A stretch of 64,000 bases of DNA from Gammaproteobacteria bacterium. Lineage in GTDB: Bacteria > Pseudomonadota > Gammaproteobacteria > JBCCGL01. Made by a program: the position numbers and the translations under genes. Below the pieces are notes generated by a model. That model saw nothing but the letters and a program-made list of their open reading frames with translations. It searched no databases and was not told the DNA's origin. Below are positions 49,456 to 59,929 of this stretch, piece after piece; position 1 is the first letter of the stretch, and the number at the start of each line of letters is the position of its first letter. The stretch is taken from assembly GCA_965277715.1 (NCBI GenBank), contig OZ255836.1:4032001-4096000 (forward strand), written 5' to 3'.

Positions 49456-50730
49456 ATGAAGCTGGAATCTATTGCACTACACCATGGGTATGAGTCGGAA
49501 GCCACGACTAAAGCGGCGGCGGTACCGATCTACCAGACTACATCTTACACTTTCGATAATACCCAACATGGCGCGGATCTGTTCGATCTCAAGGTAATGG
49601 GGAATATCTATACCCGTATCATGAACCCAACCCAGGATGTTTTAGAACAACGGTTGGCAGAAATGGAAGGCGGTATCGCTGCCCTGGCTACTGCTTCTGG
49701 TATGGCGGCAATCACTTATGCAATTCAATGTATCACCCAGGCTGGCGATAATATTGTCAGTACCAGTGAGCTTTACGGCGGCACTTATAATTTATTTGCT
49801 CACGGACTGCCTAATCAGGGTATTGAGGTGCGAATGGCCTCCGGTGATGATATCGGCGCCCTTGAAGCGTTGATTGATGATAAGACCCGTGCAGTATTTT
49901 GCGAATCAATTGGTAATCCCCTTGGCAATATTGTGGATTTAGCGGCCCTGTCAGAAATGGCGCATCGCCATGGTGTGCCGGTAATTGTCGATAATACTGT
50001 TCCTACCCCTTATCTGTGCCAACCCTTTAACCATGGCTGTGACATCGTTGTTCACTCGCTTACCAAGTATATTGGTGGTCATGGCACGACTATTGGTGGC
50101 GTCATTATTGATTCTGGAAAATTCGATTGGGTGATCAATAAGGATCGATTCCCGATGCTTAACCAGCCCGATCCGTCTTATCATGGTGTGGTCTATACGG
50201 AAGCCCTGGGGCCTGCCGCCTATATTGGGCGTTGCCGCGTAGTGCCGTTACGAAACACCGGTTCTGCCATCGCGCCCCATAGCGCTTTTATGGTGTTGCA
50301 GGGTTTGGAGACATTGGGGTTACGCATTGATCGCCATTGTGAGAATGCGCTGGCTGTGGCCAGTTATTTGTCGGACCATGATCAGGTCAGTTGGGTTAAT
50401 TACGCGGGCCTTGAAAACCACAAACACCATGGGCTTTGCCAAAAGATTACCAGCGGCAGGGCGTCGGGGATTTTGAGCTTTGGTATTCAGGGTGGCGAAG
50501 CAGCGGGTGCAAAGTTTATTGACGCTTTACAAATGATTCTGCGGCTAGTCAATATCGGTGACGCCAAATCACTCGCTTGCCATCCAGCATCCACCACTCA
50601 CCGCCAGCTCGACGATGCCGAACTTGCAACTGCGGGTGTGAGCCGGGATATGGTGCGGATATCGGTGGGTATTGAGCATATCGACGATATTATTGCGGAT
50701 ATCAGTCAGGCGCTGGATGCGGCTGCATAG
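49456..50730 (+). CDS. metY: O-acetylhomoserine aminocarboxypropyltransferase/sulfhydrylase
   Basis: PIYQTTSY, NIYTRIMNPT, HSLTKYIGGHG (PLP Lys), NIGDAKSL, HPASTTHRQL. Confidence 0.9.
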   Translation: MKLESIALHHGYESEATTKAAAVPIYQTTSYTFDNTQHGADLFDLKVMGNIYTRIMNPTQDVLEQRLAEMEGGIAALATASGMAAITYAIQCITQAGDNIVSTSELYGGTYNLFAHGLPNQGIEVRMASGDDIGALEALIDDKTRAVFCESIGNPLGNIVDLAALSEMAHRHGVPVIVDNTVPTPYLCQPFNHGCDIVVHSLTKYIGGHGTTIGGVIIDSGKFDWVINKDRFPMLNQPDPSYHGVVYTEALGPAAYIGRCRVVPLRNTGSAIAPHSAFMVLQGLETLGLRIDRHCENALAVASYLSDHDQVSWVNYAGLENHKHHGLCQKITSGRASGILSFGIQGGEAAGAKFIDALQMILRLVNIGDAKSLACHPASTTHRQLDDAELATAGVSRDMVRISVGIEHIDDIIADISQALDAAA

Positions 50731-50850
50731 GGTGGTTGTTTGGTGAAATTTGAAAAATGATGCCTATAGAATTAGTTTTGGAATTAAATATAGTCGCCTT
50801 AATATATTTTTGGCTAATATAAATATACTTGATCTCTTTAAATCTCCCAT

Positions 50851-50871
50851 CAACTGCGGAATTTAGGATAA
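50851..50871. repeat. Half copy of the CCTAAATTCCGCAG repeat
   Basis: CAACTGCGGAATTTAGGATAA. Confidence 0.65.
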
Positions 50872-50882
50872 CAGGCTTATTG

Positions 50883-51707
50883 TCAGCTTTTAATATTGTT
50901 GATTGGCTGGCTCATCATCTGATGGCCCACTTTTTTCAGCATGGCCCGCGAAGGGTAGTCATTGATCATCAGGCCGCCATCGACAATCAGGGTCTGCCCG
51001 GTTATGAAGGATGCTTCATCACTGGCGAGGAAGAGCACGGCGGCGGCAATTTCATCCGGTGTGCCCATACGGTTGAACAATGATGGCGGCATTTCCCAGC
51101 CACCGTCGCCAGAGGCGGGGATGGCCGCGTCGCGTTCGGTTGAGATCCACCCAGGGCTGACGCCGTTGACGCGAATACCCCGTGGCGCACCCTCGGCGGC
51201 AAAGGCGCGGGTTAGCCCTTCGACACCCGCTTTGGCGATGCAGTAAGTGCCCCAGTTACCGTGCCAGGTGGCCGTGGAGGCGATATTGACAATGGCTGAA
51301 CCGGGTGATGCCGCTAACAGCGGCAGGGTGTGTGCTGAGACGAAATAAGGCGCATCAAGATTGGGGCCACGCATTTTGTCCCAGCGCTGTTTGGGGGTGT
51401 CACTGTCTTCAATACTGGCGCGGCGACCACCAATACCAGCATTGTTGACGAGGATGTTTAAGGCACCAAAATCCCGGGTGATATGTGATGCCATATCGGC
51501 TACTTCGGCCTCACTTGATAAATCAGTCGCATAGAAACGGGCTTCACCCCCAAGGTTGGCCACTTCCTGTAATACGGCCTGGCCTTTTTGTGAGTTGCGG
51601 GCGGCGATGGCTAACCTGGCGCCTTCACGGACAAACCGGTGGACGATTCCCCGGCCAATACCCGAGTTGCCACCGGTGATCAGGGCGTTTTTATTTTTTA
51701 GTCGCAC
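50883..51707 (-). CDS. SDR family oxidoreductase
   Basis: TGGNSGIG, NNAG, YCIAK, ITGQTLIVDGG. Confidence 0.92.
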   Translation of the reverse strand: MRLKNKNALITGGNSGIGRGIVHRFVREGARLAIAARNSQKGQAVLQEVANLGGEARFYATDLSSEAEVADMASHITRDFGALNILVNNAGIGGRRASIEDSDTPKQRWDKMRGPNLDAPYFVSAHTLPLLAASPGSAIVNIASTATWHGNWGTYCIAKAGVEGLTRAFAAEGAPRGIRVNGVSPGWISTERDAAIPASGDGGWEMPPSLFNRMGTPDEIAAAVLFLASDEASFITGQTLIVDGGLMINDYPSRAMLKKVGHQMMSQPINNIKS

Positions 51708-51723
51708 AGTGTTTTCCTATAAA

Positions 51724-53094
51724 TTAAGGGTGTATGCGGAGCATTAGCCGCGAAGTGCGCATCATCAAATACAGGCGTATAGACAACAAAATAGACGCAA
51801 CCATTAAGCCCGCTGCCAGTCCCCACCAAATGCCTTTGGCGCCGTAACCCAAAATAAACCCGGTGGTATAACCACCGCCCAGTCCACACAGCCAATACCC
51901 CCCTGTGGCGATCCACATGGGGACCAGGGTGTCTTTTAAGCCGCGTAAAGCCCAGCCGGCAACCACCTGCAAACCATCAAAAAACTGAAATACGGCCGCA
52001 ATGGCGGTGAGTGCCACGGCAATTTCAACGGTGTTTGCGTTATGTGCGGCATCGATGTCGATAAAAATAGCGACGATAGTGTATGGAAAATACCATAACA
52101 GCAGCGCGGAGATGATCATCACTGTTGAGCCGAGCGCCACAGCCATCAGGGCGTTCCACTGTACGGATGGCAGGTTTCCCGTACCGATATGAAAAGCGAT
52201 GCGTATTGCCGCCGCTTCACCGACTGCCGCCGCGATGACAAAGGTTGTCGCCAGTAAGTGAAATAGGATTTCATTGGCTGCCAGCCAGTCGGCGCCCAAT
52301 GTGCCCATTAAAATACCCACCACTACAAACAGCCCACCTTCCAGAAAAGCGGTGACGCCAGCGGGAACCCCCAGGCGCAGGATTGACTGGCAAATGGCAA
52401 GGTTAATCTGGCGGATGGAATGAAATACGTTAAAGGCACGGCACTCCCGGTCGGCACGGGTATACAGTAATAGCGCAATAAACATTATGGCATTTACCAC
52501 GCTGATGCTGATTCCAGCCCCGGCGACTCCGAGTTTGGGTAGCCCAAACTGGCCCAGTACCAGCGCATAGTTAATCAGTAAATTTAAACTGATTGCGGGA
52601 ATCGTCACGTACAGCACAATACGGGGTTTCGATAGCACCACGAGAAAATTGCGCAGTACCACAAAGCCGAGGGCAAACGGTATAAACCATACGGCCCATG
52701 TAACGTATTCACCGGCGAGCCGAGTCACTTCAGGGTCTTGCCCTGTCGCGCTGAAAATAGTGGAAATACTCAGGCCAAAGATGATCGCCAGCACAGATAA
52801 ACCCGCCGCGACCCAGAAGCCCTGCACGACAATCTGGGTAACAGCCCCCCGATTGCCACTGCCCAACGATTGCGAGCTGAGTACGCTGACCATCGATAAA
52901 ATACCGAAGCACACCAGTACAAACTCGACCAGCATACCGACTGCCAGGCCAACCGCCGCCAACTCGGTACTGCCAAGCCTGCCGACGATGATCATATTGG
53001 TCACGCCCATTGCCACCTCTGTGAGGTAGTACAGGGCCAGTGGTGAGGTAATCCTGAGAAGCTGAATGAACTCCTGGATTTTTTGTCCGTGCAT
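51724..53094 (-). CDS. MATE family efflux transporter
   Basis: About 12 TM helices; GRLGSTELAAVGL, FQFFDGLQV...ALRGLKDT, GIWWGL. Confidence 0.9.
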   Translation of the reverse strand: MHGQKIQEFIQLLRITSPLALYYLTEVAMGVTNMIIVGRLGSTELAAVGLAVGMLVEFVLVCFGILSMVSVLSSQSLGSGNRGAVTQIVVQGFWVAAGLSVLAIIFGLSISTIFSATGQDPEVTRLAGEYVTWAVWFIPFALGFVVLRNFLVVLSKPRIVLYVTIPAISLNLLINYALVLGQFGLPKLGVAGAGISISVVNAIMFIALLLYTRADRECRAFNVFHSIRQINLAICQSILRLGVPAGVTAFLEGGLFVVVGILMGTLGADWLAANEILFHLLATTFVIAAAVGEAAAIRIAFHIGTGNLPSVQWNALMAVALGSTVMIISALLLWYFPYTIVAIFIDIDAAHNANTVEIAVALTAIAAVFQFFDGLQVVAGWALRGLKDTLVPMWIATGGYWLCGLGGGYTTGFILGYGAKGIWWGLAAGLMVASILLSIRLYLMMRTSRLMLRIHP

Positions 53095-53098
53095 ATGC

Positions 53099-53737
53099 CT
53101 AACGTTTCTGCATAACGTAGTACATCGCATCCGGTGTGCTGTTTTCGAAGTAGATGTCGTGGATGAGGTTGGCCGTGTGTACCTGGCCCGATTGGTTCAG
53201 TGCGTCAATTTTGTCGGCAAACCCATGTTGGTTCCAGATGGATTGGTGGATGGTACAAACCAAATACCCACCGGGTTTGATAATGCGAAAAATTTCATCC
53301 AGCGGCTCTGCCCCGACATGGCCGTGGGTGAAGGTGCCTGAACTGATGGCTGCATCGTAGTGGGCGTCGGCAATTGCCAGCGGTTGGTTGAGGTCGGCCT
53401 GTATCAGTGACTGGTAAAAATTGCGTGTGCGGGCCTGTTCCAGCATCGCCGCAGAAAAATCCAGCCCGTCGATATGCTGATAGCCCGCAGTTGCCAGGTC
53501 GATGCTGGTCAGGCCAGTGCCACAGCCGATGTCAAGTATACGGGCGCTGTGATCGCTTATGTATTGCATAAATAAAGCCGCTGTTTTTGCCGGTGCGACA
53601 TAGCTTAGCCCCTGCTCCAGTTGGGTGTCATACTCGCTTGCCCAGTTGCTGTAAAAGTCCTGCATATCCTGGTCGGTGGCGAGGTGGTAAGCCTCCTGTA
53701 AAAATTGGTTGGTGCGGTCTTTAGGGGTATTTGTCAT
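53099..53737 (-). CDS. Class I SAM-dependent methyltransferase
   Basis: YSNWASEYD, ILDIGCGTG, GTFTHGHV. Confidence 0.88.
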   Translation of the reverse strand: MTNTPKDRTNQFLQEAYHLATDQDMQDFYSNWASEYDTQLEQGLSYVAPAKTAALFMQYISDHSARILDIGCGTGLTSIDLATAGYQHIDGLDFSAAMLEQARTRNFYQSLIQADLNQPLAIADAHYDAAISSGTFTHGHVGAEPLDEIFRIIKPGGYLVCTIHQSIWNQHGFADKIDALNQSGQVHTANLIHDIYFENSTPDAMYYVMQKR

Positions 53738-53808
53738 GGTGGGTCACTGGGCTGTGTGTCGGTCAATTGCATTTTTATTGCTTTGATTGACCGGTTTGTT
53801 GTGCGTGT

Positions 53809-54210
53809 TTATTGTAAAAAAATATTGCCTTCTAAAACGCTCGCCTTGTAATAAGTGTCACCGGATTGCCAGTAGAGATCCTTGCCCAGCACTAATAGGT
53901 TGTAACAGGTTTCCTGGGATGACGGCGGCCATACAGAGCAGTATTGCCCCCCGGCGTTGACGCGCCAGCGGCCAGTGCTTGGCCGCGCTCCCGCTTCCTG
54001 GTAGTTGGTTGAGCCACTCGCTGAAAAATATTGCTGGTACGGGCGCCCCGCCCAAAGGCCTTCGGTGGAGTTACCTGAAATCAGGTCCAGCAGTTGCTGT
54101 TGACTGGGGGCAGCGGCTTCTGCCGGTGGCTGCCCGGCACGCAGTGCCGTAGTGTATAAAGCGCATATAATGCAGCTTAATGGTATTAATAAACAGTATT
54201 TACGTAACAT
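53809..54210 (-). CDS. Secreted hypothetical protein
   Basis: Signal peptide; QYFSASGST...GRWRV...YCSVWPP. Confidence 0.6.
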   Translation of the reverse strand: MLRKYCLLIPLSCIICALYTTALRAGQPPAEAAAPSQQQLLDLISGNSTEGLWAGRPYQQYFSASGSTNYQEAGARPSTGRWRVNAGGQYCSVWPPSSQETCYNLLVLGKDLYWQSGDTYYKASVLEGNIFLQ

Positions 54211-54420
54211 TTTGAGCGCCTCGTTGTTTCAGGTGTATTTAGCCTATTTGCCCGGTTGATGGCAAGCCCGGATATGCATGCCGGGCCACTTGGGCAGGGG
54301 CATCAAACGAATTTTTGAAACAACCCGTACTGCCAATGACGGACGGCCAGTAGCATGGTTGTGCCGCGCTTTTCCGCCAGCGGTAACGGTGCGTCCTGCT
54401 GCATTATTTCATTTGCACCA

Positions 54421-54460
54421 GATGGTCGCAGTAGATTCAACTGCGGAATTTAGGTTTAAT
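54421..54460. repeat. CCTAAATTCCGCAG repeat, end copy
   Basis: Reverse complement AACCTAAATTCCGCAGTTGAATCTACTGCGACCA is identical to 3935-3968. Confidence 0.8.
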
Positions 54461-54465
54461 AATCA

Positions 54466-54628
54466 GGAGTCTGTCGGGTTCAGGACTACTCTACTGCGGG
54501 AAAGCCGATTTGGCCCTTTTTTGCATAATATTTCATCACACTAGAACCACTATGCTCCTCAATAGTGCGCAAAAAATGACTCAAATCGGTCTTTCCCTCG
54601 CTACGAGCGGCTAAACCCGACAGACTCC
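54466..54628. mobile_element. MITE-like element (~163 bp) with 15-bp IRs
   Basis: GGAGTCTGTCGGGTT...AACCCGACAGACTCC; internal arms GGGAAAGCCGATTTG / CAAATCGGTCTTTCCC; partial second copy at 63257. Confidence 0.75.
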
Positions 54629-54646
54629 CAAACGGCGGGCAAACGA

Positions 54647-57600
54647 ATGAAAAAAATAATGGTGATGGCAGGTGCGCTACCGTTTTTTATCGCGGTATTT
54701 TTGAATGCATTTGTCGATCTTGGCCACAAGATCATTATCCAGAATACGGTTTTTAAGGTCTACGATGGGCAGGAGCAGGTGGTGTTGACGGCTATCGTCA
54801 ACGGTTTGATTCTGTTGCCGTTTATTCTGTTGTTCAGCCCGGCGGGGTTTGCCTCAGACCGGTTTCCGAAAACACGGGTGATGCGTTTATCGGCCTGGGC
54901 GGCGGTGCTGTTGACAGCAGGTATCACGGTTAGTTATGCGCTGGGGTGGTTTTGGGTCTCGTTTGCGATGACGTTTTTACTGGCGGTGCAGTCGGCGTTT
55001 TATTCCCCCGCCAAATTTGCTTACATCAAGGTGTTCTTTGGTCGTGAACGTTTAGCCGAGATTAACGGTGTGGTACAGGCGGTCTCCATTGTCGCTATTT
55101 TGTGTGGCACCTTGTTATTTTCGGTTTTGTTTGAAGCCTGGTTTCCCGGCGGTACAGGCGATAAGGCAAAGGTGTTGCAGGCGATACTGCCGGTCGGGTT
55201 TATGCTGGTCGCCTGTAGTGTGGTCGAGCTGCTCATGGTGTACCGGTTGCCGAATCCTGAATTGTCGGCAGAATCATCAGATCAGGCGGTTCAGTTTGAT
55301 GTAAAACGTTACTTGAGCGGTGGTTTACTCAAAGCCAATTTACACCCCGTTTGGCAAAAGGAGGCGATCCGCCTGTCGATTATTGGTCTGGCCACATTCT
55401 GGTCGATAGGGCAGGTTATGCTGGCCGCTTTCCCCGCGTTTGCCAAAGCGCAAACGGGTGAAACCAATACCGTTATTATCCAGGCGATTATCGCCGCCTC
55501 CGGGGTGGGCATTGCGTTAGGTGCTGCACTGGCGGGCCGTTTTTCACGCAATTATATCGAGACAGGCTTTATTCCACTGGGGGCGGTGGGCCTCGCGCTG
55601 GGTTTGTTTGTGCTGCCCGGTTTGCAGTCGCTGGTGTGGATGGCGGTTTGTTTTCTGGTGATTGGTGTGATGGGTGGTCTGTTTATCGTGCCATTAAACG
55701 CGATGGTTCAATACCATGCCGATGACAAGGCGCTGGGTAATACCTTGTCTGCAAATAATTTTATCCAGAATATCGCGATGTTGTCATTTCTTTGCGTGAC
55801 TGTCGGGTTTTCGATGATGGGTATTGGCGGGCAGGCGCTGTTGATGTCGATGGGGGTGCTGGCGCTGATCGGTGGCTGTTATACCGTGTACAAATTACCA
55901 CAGAGTCTGGTGCGTATTTTGTTGTCACTGCTGATGAGTAACCATTACAAAATCGCGGTGCAGGGAATGAAAAACGTACCGCAAAGTGGTGGTGTGTTGT
56001 TGCTCGGCAATCATATAAGCTGGATTGATTGGGCTATTTTACAACTGGCCTGCCCACGCCCGGTGCGCTTTGTCATGCATAAACGCATTTATGAACTGTG
56101 GTATCTGCGTTGGTTTTTTAAGTTGTTTGGCTGTATTCCCATTGAATCGGGTATCAGTAGTGGTGAGTCTTTGCAGCAGATAGCCCGGATGCTAAACGAT
56201 GGACAGGTGGCTTGCCTGTTTCCTGAAGGAATGATTAGTCGCACAGGTCATTTTGCTGAGTTTCGCAGTGGCTATGAGCGCGCCGCTGCAGCGGCCGACG
56301 ATACGGTAAAAATTGTGCCCTTCTATTTGCGCGGTCTATGGGGCAGCCATTTCTCACTGGCCTCTGATCACTTGAAAAAGACACCTGTAAAAGGCTTCCG
56401 CCGTGAACTGGTGGTCGCCTTTGGCCCGGCTATCGATAAACAAACCAGGGCGGATGTGGTAAAGCGCCGCGTGTTCGATTTATCGATCAGTTCGTGGCGC
56501 CACTACGCCGAAACCCTGCCGCCAATTCCCAATGCCTGGATCGATACCGTAAAACGGCAAAGGGGCGCGATTGCGATTGCCGATACGATGGGCGCCCCCC
56601 TATCGGCGACTCGGGCACTGACGGCGGCTATTGCATTTTCGCGCCGAATTAAAAAAATCAGCCATGAGAATACTGTGGGTTTGCTGATGCCCACCAGCGC
56701 AGGGGGTGTGCTGGCGAATATGGCGGGCCTGTTGGCGGGGAAAATTATTGTCAATTTAAATTATACCGCCAGTGCTGAAGCATTCGCCTCTGCCTTGCAG
56801 CAGGCGGAAATAAAAACGGTTTATACATCTAAGCGCTTCCTTAAAAAATTGCAGGGGCGGGGCATTGATTTTTCAGCGCAGCTTGAAAATATCGAGGTTG
56901 TTTACCTGGAAACGCTGAAAGAAGGTATTTCAAAACTGGAATTGATCGCGACGATGTCAGCGGTGAAATGCCTGCCCGCATTGGTATTGAAAAAAGTGTT
57001 TGCCAGCAGTACCCCGCCGGACAATACGGCGGTTATTTTATTTTCCAGCGGCAGTGAGGGTTTGCCTAAGGGCATTCGCCTGAGCCATACCAATGTTATG
57101 GCAAACCTTAAACAAATAGCCGAAGTGCTCAATGCTAAAAACGAGGATGTGGTGATGGCATCGCTGCCGCTGTTTCACGCGTTTGGTTTAACGGTCACAC
57201 AGTTTATGCCACTGATCGAGGGTATGCCACTGGTGTGCCACGCCGACCCAACTGATGCCCTGGGTATTGCCAAAGCGATCGCCAGGTACCGGGTGAGTGT
57301 CTTGTGCGCTACATCGACTTTTTTACGCTTGTATTGCCGCAATAAAAAAGTGCATCCACTGATGTTAGACAGTTTACGCGTTGTGGTTTCCGGTGCAGAG
57401 AAACTCAACCCCGATGTGCGTGAGGCGTTTAAATTAAAATTTAATAAAACCGTTTATGAAGGTTTTGGTGCCAGCGAGACCACCCCTGTTGCCAGTGTTA
57501 ATGTGCCGGATTCATTGGATGTGGACAGTTGGCGGGTGCAGCGTGGGGATAAGGTGGGCACGGTGGGTATGCCATTACCGGGCACCAGTTTTAAAATTGT

Positions 57601-58144
57601 CGACCCGGAAACGTTTGACGAATTACCCTCGGGTGACAGTGGCATGATTTTGATTGGTGGTGTGCAGGTGATGCAGGGTTATTTGCACGATAAGGGCAAG
57701 TGTAGCGAAGCGATTAAAATCATTGATGGGGTGCGTTGGTATGTGACCGGGGATAAGGGATATATCGACCGCGATGGTTTTTTGAGTATTGTTGACCGGT
57801 ACTCGCGTTTCGCCAAGCTGGGGGGTGAAATGATTAGTTTATCTGCGGTCGAACGGGCTGTCGGTGACGCCCTGCAGTCGCATATCGAGGCCTGTGATAT
57901 TGATGTTGTTGCAGTAAACCTTCCCGATGAGAAAAAGGGTGAGCAGATCATTTTACTCACAGCGTCGGCATTTGATCTCGATACTTTGCGCAAGGCGATG
58001 CTGGCAAATGAATGCAGTGCGCTGTTAATTCCAGCGGTAGTGATAAAGGTGGATGCACTGCCCAAGCTTGGCTCGGGAAAGGCTGATTTTTCTGCTGCGA
58101 AACAGTTGGCCGTTGAGCACAGTACAAAACGGGGGGTGGCTTAG
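54647..58144 (+). CDS. aas: Acyl-[ACP]--phospholipid O-acyltransferase (MFS + PlsC + acyl-ACP synthetase fusion)
   Basis: MFS N-terminus; NHISWID and FPEG acyltransferase motifs; FSSGSEGLPKG AMP-binding; YVTGDKG. Confidence 0.9.
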   Translation: MKKIMVMAGALPFFIAVFLNAFVDLGHKIIIQNTVFKVYDGQEQVVLTAIVNGLILLPFILLFSPAGFASDRFPKTRVMRLSAWAAVLLTAGITVSYALGWFWVSFAMTFLLAVQSAFYSPAKFAYIKVFFGRERLAEINGVVQAVSIVAILCGTLLFSVLFEAWFPGGTGDKAKVLQAILPVGFMLVACSVVELLMVYRLPNPELSAESSDQAVQFDVKRYLSGGLLKANLHPVWQKEAIRLSIIGLATFWSIGQVMLAAFPAFAKAQTGETNTVIIQAIIAASGVGIALGAALAGRFSRNYIETGFIPLGAVGLALGLFVLPGLQSLVWMAVCFLVIGVMGGLFIVPLNAMVQYHADDKALGNTLSANNFIQNIAMLSFLCVTVGFSMMGIGGQALLMSMGVLALIGGCYTVYKLPQSLVRILLSLLMSNHYKIAVQGMKNVPQSGGVLLLGNHISWIDWAILQLACPRPVRFVMHKRIYELWYLRWFFKLFGCIPIESGISSGESLQQIARMLNDGQVACLFPEGMISRTGHFAEFRSGYERAAAAADDTVKIVPFYLRGLWGSHFSLASDHLKKTPVKGFRRELVVAFGPAIDKQTRADVVKRRVFDLSISSWRHYAETLPPIPNAWIDTVKRQRGAIAIADTMGAPLSATRALTAAIAFSRRIKKISHENTVGLLMPTSAGGVLANMAGLLAGKIIVNLNYTASAEAFASALQQAEIKTVYTSKRFLKKLQGRGIDFSAQLENIEVVYLETLKEGISKLELIATMSAVKCLPALVLKKVFASSTPPDNTAVILFSSGSEGLPKGIRLSHTNVMANLKQIAEVLNAKNEDVVMASLPLFHAFGLTVTQFMPLIEGMPLVCHADPTDALGIAKAIARYRVSVLCATSTFLRLYCRNKKVHPLMLDSLRVVVSGAEKLNPDVREAFKLKFNKTVYEGFGASETTPVASVNVPDSLDVDSWRVQRGDKVGTVGMPLPGTSFKIVDPETFDELPSGDSGMILIGGVQVMQGYLHDKGKCSEAIKIIDGVRWYVTGDKGYIDRDGFLSIVDRYSRFAKLGGEMISLSAVERAVGDALQSHIEACDIDVVAVNLPDEKKGEQIILLTASAFDLDTLRKAMLANECSALLIPAVVIKVDALPKLGSGKADFSAAKQLAVEHSTKRGVA

Positions 58145-58184
58145 TACACCGTCTAACTGATAATGCAGACGGTGTACTAGACCC

Positions 58185-58700
58185 CTAGTGTAATACTGGC
58201 CCTGAAGCCCCCTTGGCGAGTTCCTCTGCGCTGGCATCACGCACTTGTTTCACCGTGAGAATGTAGCTGATGGTCTGCCCTGCCAGTGGGTGGTTGCCAT
58301 CCAGGGTTATCTGGCTGTCGGTTATTTTAGTGACGCGGAATTTTTTTATATCGCCACTGTCACTCTGAAACTCAGCCTCTGCACCCATGTAGCGAAATTC
58401 TTCCGGTACATTATCGATGTCATCGACAAACAGCAGTTCGGGGCGCGGTTCACCAAAGGCTTCTTCCGGTGTGAGTTTCAGTTCGACGGTATCACCTATT
58501 GAGGCACCTGCCAGGGCGCGCTCAATAACTGGAATAACCTGATTGTCAGTACCGTGTATATAGGCGATGGGCAGGTCGATGCGTTCGACGATTTCACCGA
58601 GTGCGTTGTTGATCTGGTAGGTAACTTCAACATATTTGTGCTTGCTTATGACTTGTGACACGGTATCCTCGGTAGTTATTACAAATTCTGGTCGGGGCAA
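58185..58700 (-). CDS. slyD: FKBP-type peptidyl-prolyl isomerase (SlyD-like)
   Basis: YIHG, LTPEEAFG, LDGNHPLAGQ; start uncertain. Confidence 0.8.
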   Translation of the reverse strand: MPRPEFVITTEDTVSQVISKHKYVEVTYQINNALGEIVERIDLPIAYIHGTDNQVIPVIERALAGASIGDTVELKLTPEEAFGEPRPELLFVDDIDNVPEEFRYMGAEAEFQSDSGDIKKFRVTKITDSQITLDGNHPLAGQTISYILTVKQVRDASAEELAKGASGPVLH

Positions 58701-58788
58701 TGCAACGGCACGGCCAGCCTATAATACAGAGGTTTTACGCGGTAGTGCATGTGCATCGCGCTATTGTTAAAAACAAAGGCTGAGCAAA

Positions 58789-59814
58789 TTGAAAACGATT
58801 AATATCAATAATATATCAGTCGATTTTACTTCGACAGTCAATGACGTTATTCGCTATCTCCACAAACGATTTGGTTTCAAGCTGTGGATGGTGACGTGTG
58901 TTGAAGGCAATGATTGGATAGTGCTATACGCAGAGAATCACGGTTATAAGGTCGCTCAGGGTGATGTTTTTAGGTGGGCGGATTCGTTTTGCTCGCGTAT
59001 GGTTAAGGGTTTGGGTCCCTGTGTAGCGCCCAGTTCGGCCGCTATTGCGGAATACGCCTCGGCTCCTATCGGCCAGCAACTTGAGATAGGGGCGTATATC
59101 GGTATGCCACTGTACCGCAGTGATGGGGAGTTGTTTGGTACCTTGTGTGCTATTGACCCCAACCCACAACCTAAAGGGATTGTTGATGAGGAAGAGACCA
59201 TTAAGATGTTCGCCCGGTTGTTAAATTCGCTGCTAAACAAGGAGTTGAGTTTGTTGCAGGAGCAGCGCCGGGCGGAGCGGGCCGAATTCGATTCTGAACG
59301 GGATGCCCTGACCGGTTTGTTCAACCGGCGTGGCTGGGATAAGTTACTGGCTGTCGAGGAATCGCGCTGTCAACGCTATGGCAGCTCTGCCTGTGTTATC
59401 TCGATTGATCTCGATGATCTTAAAAAGACCAACGATTCTTTGGGGCATGACGCGGGTGATCAATTGCTGATTGATGCGGGTAAGTCACTGCTGGAATCGG
59501 CGCGCCCTTCAGATATTGTGGCACGGATTGGTGGTGATGAGTTTTTGCTGTTGGCATTGGAGTGCGATGTTGAAGGGGCGACGAAATTGGTCAAACGGGT
59601 AGTGGATAACTTTCAGTTGAAGGGGATCGCGGCGTCTGTCGGTTTTGAGTTGCGGCGTCCAGACGGTGATTTGTACACTGCGCGCAAAGAGTCTGACCGC
59701 AAGATGTATGAGGCCAAGCGCAATCAAAAACGTAGCGCTGCGAATGCCTCGGGGCGTTCTCAATTACCTGAGCGGCTGATTTTGAGCTACAACCGTGCTG
59801 GCAAGGCGCAGTGA
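58789..59814 (+). CDS. GAF-sensor diguanylate cyclase
   Basis: GAF (AYIGMPL...GTLCAID); DALTGLFNRR, NDSLGHDAGD, RPSD I-site, GGDEF. Confidence 0.9.
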   Translation: MKTININNISVDFTSTVNDVIRYLHKRFGFKLWMVTCVEGNDWIVLYAENHGYKVAQGDVFRWADSFCSRMVKGLGPCVAPSSAAIAEYASAPIGQQLEIGAYIGMPLYRSDGELFGTLCAIDPNPQPKGIVDEEETIKMFARLLNSLLNKELSLLQEQRRAERAEFDSERDALTGLFNRRGWDKLLAVEESRCQRYGSSACVISIDLDDLKKTNDSLGHDAGDQLLIDAGKSLLESARPSDIVARIGGDEFLLLALECDVEGATKLVKRVVDNFQLKGIAASVGFELRRPDGDLYTARKESDRKMYEAKRNQKRSAANASGRSQLPERLILSYNRAGKAQ

Positions 59815-59929
59815 GGGGTAATAGTCATTCTATTGTGACGAGCTATTGCAACGAGTTGCAACGCTGCCAGTGCGGAAAAGGGCCAAAGTCAGACCGTGAA
59901 GGTGATTGAGAGCGGCCTTAGTTCCGGGT

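Noticed and set aside
54278-54544. ORFs sharing MVAVDSTAEFR (also 3688-3969)
   Set aside because: The shared peptide is a translation of the dispersed palindromic repeat, not a protein family.
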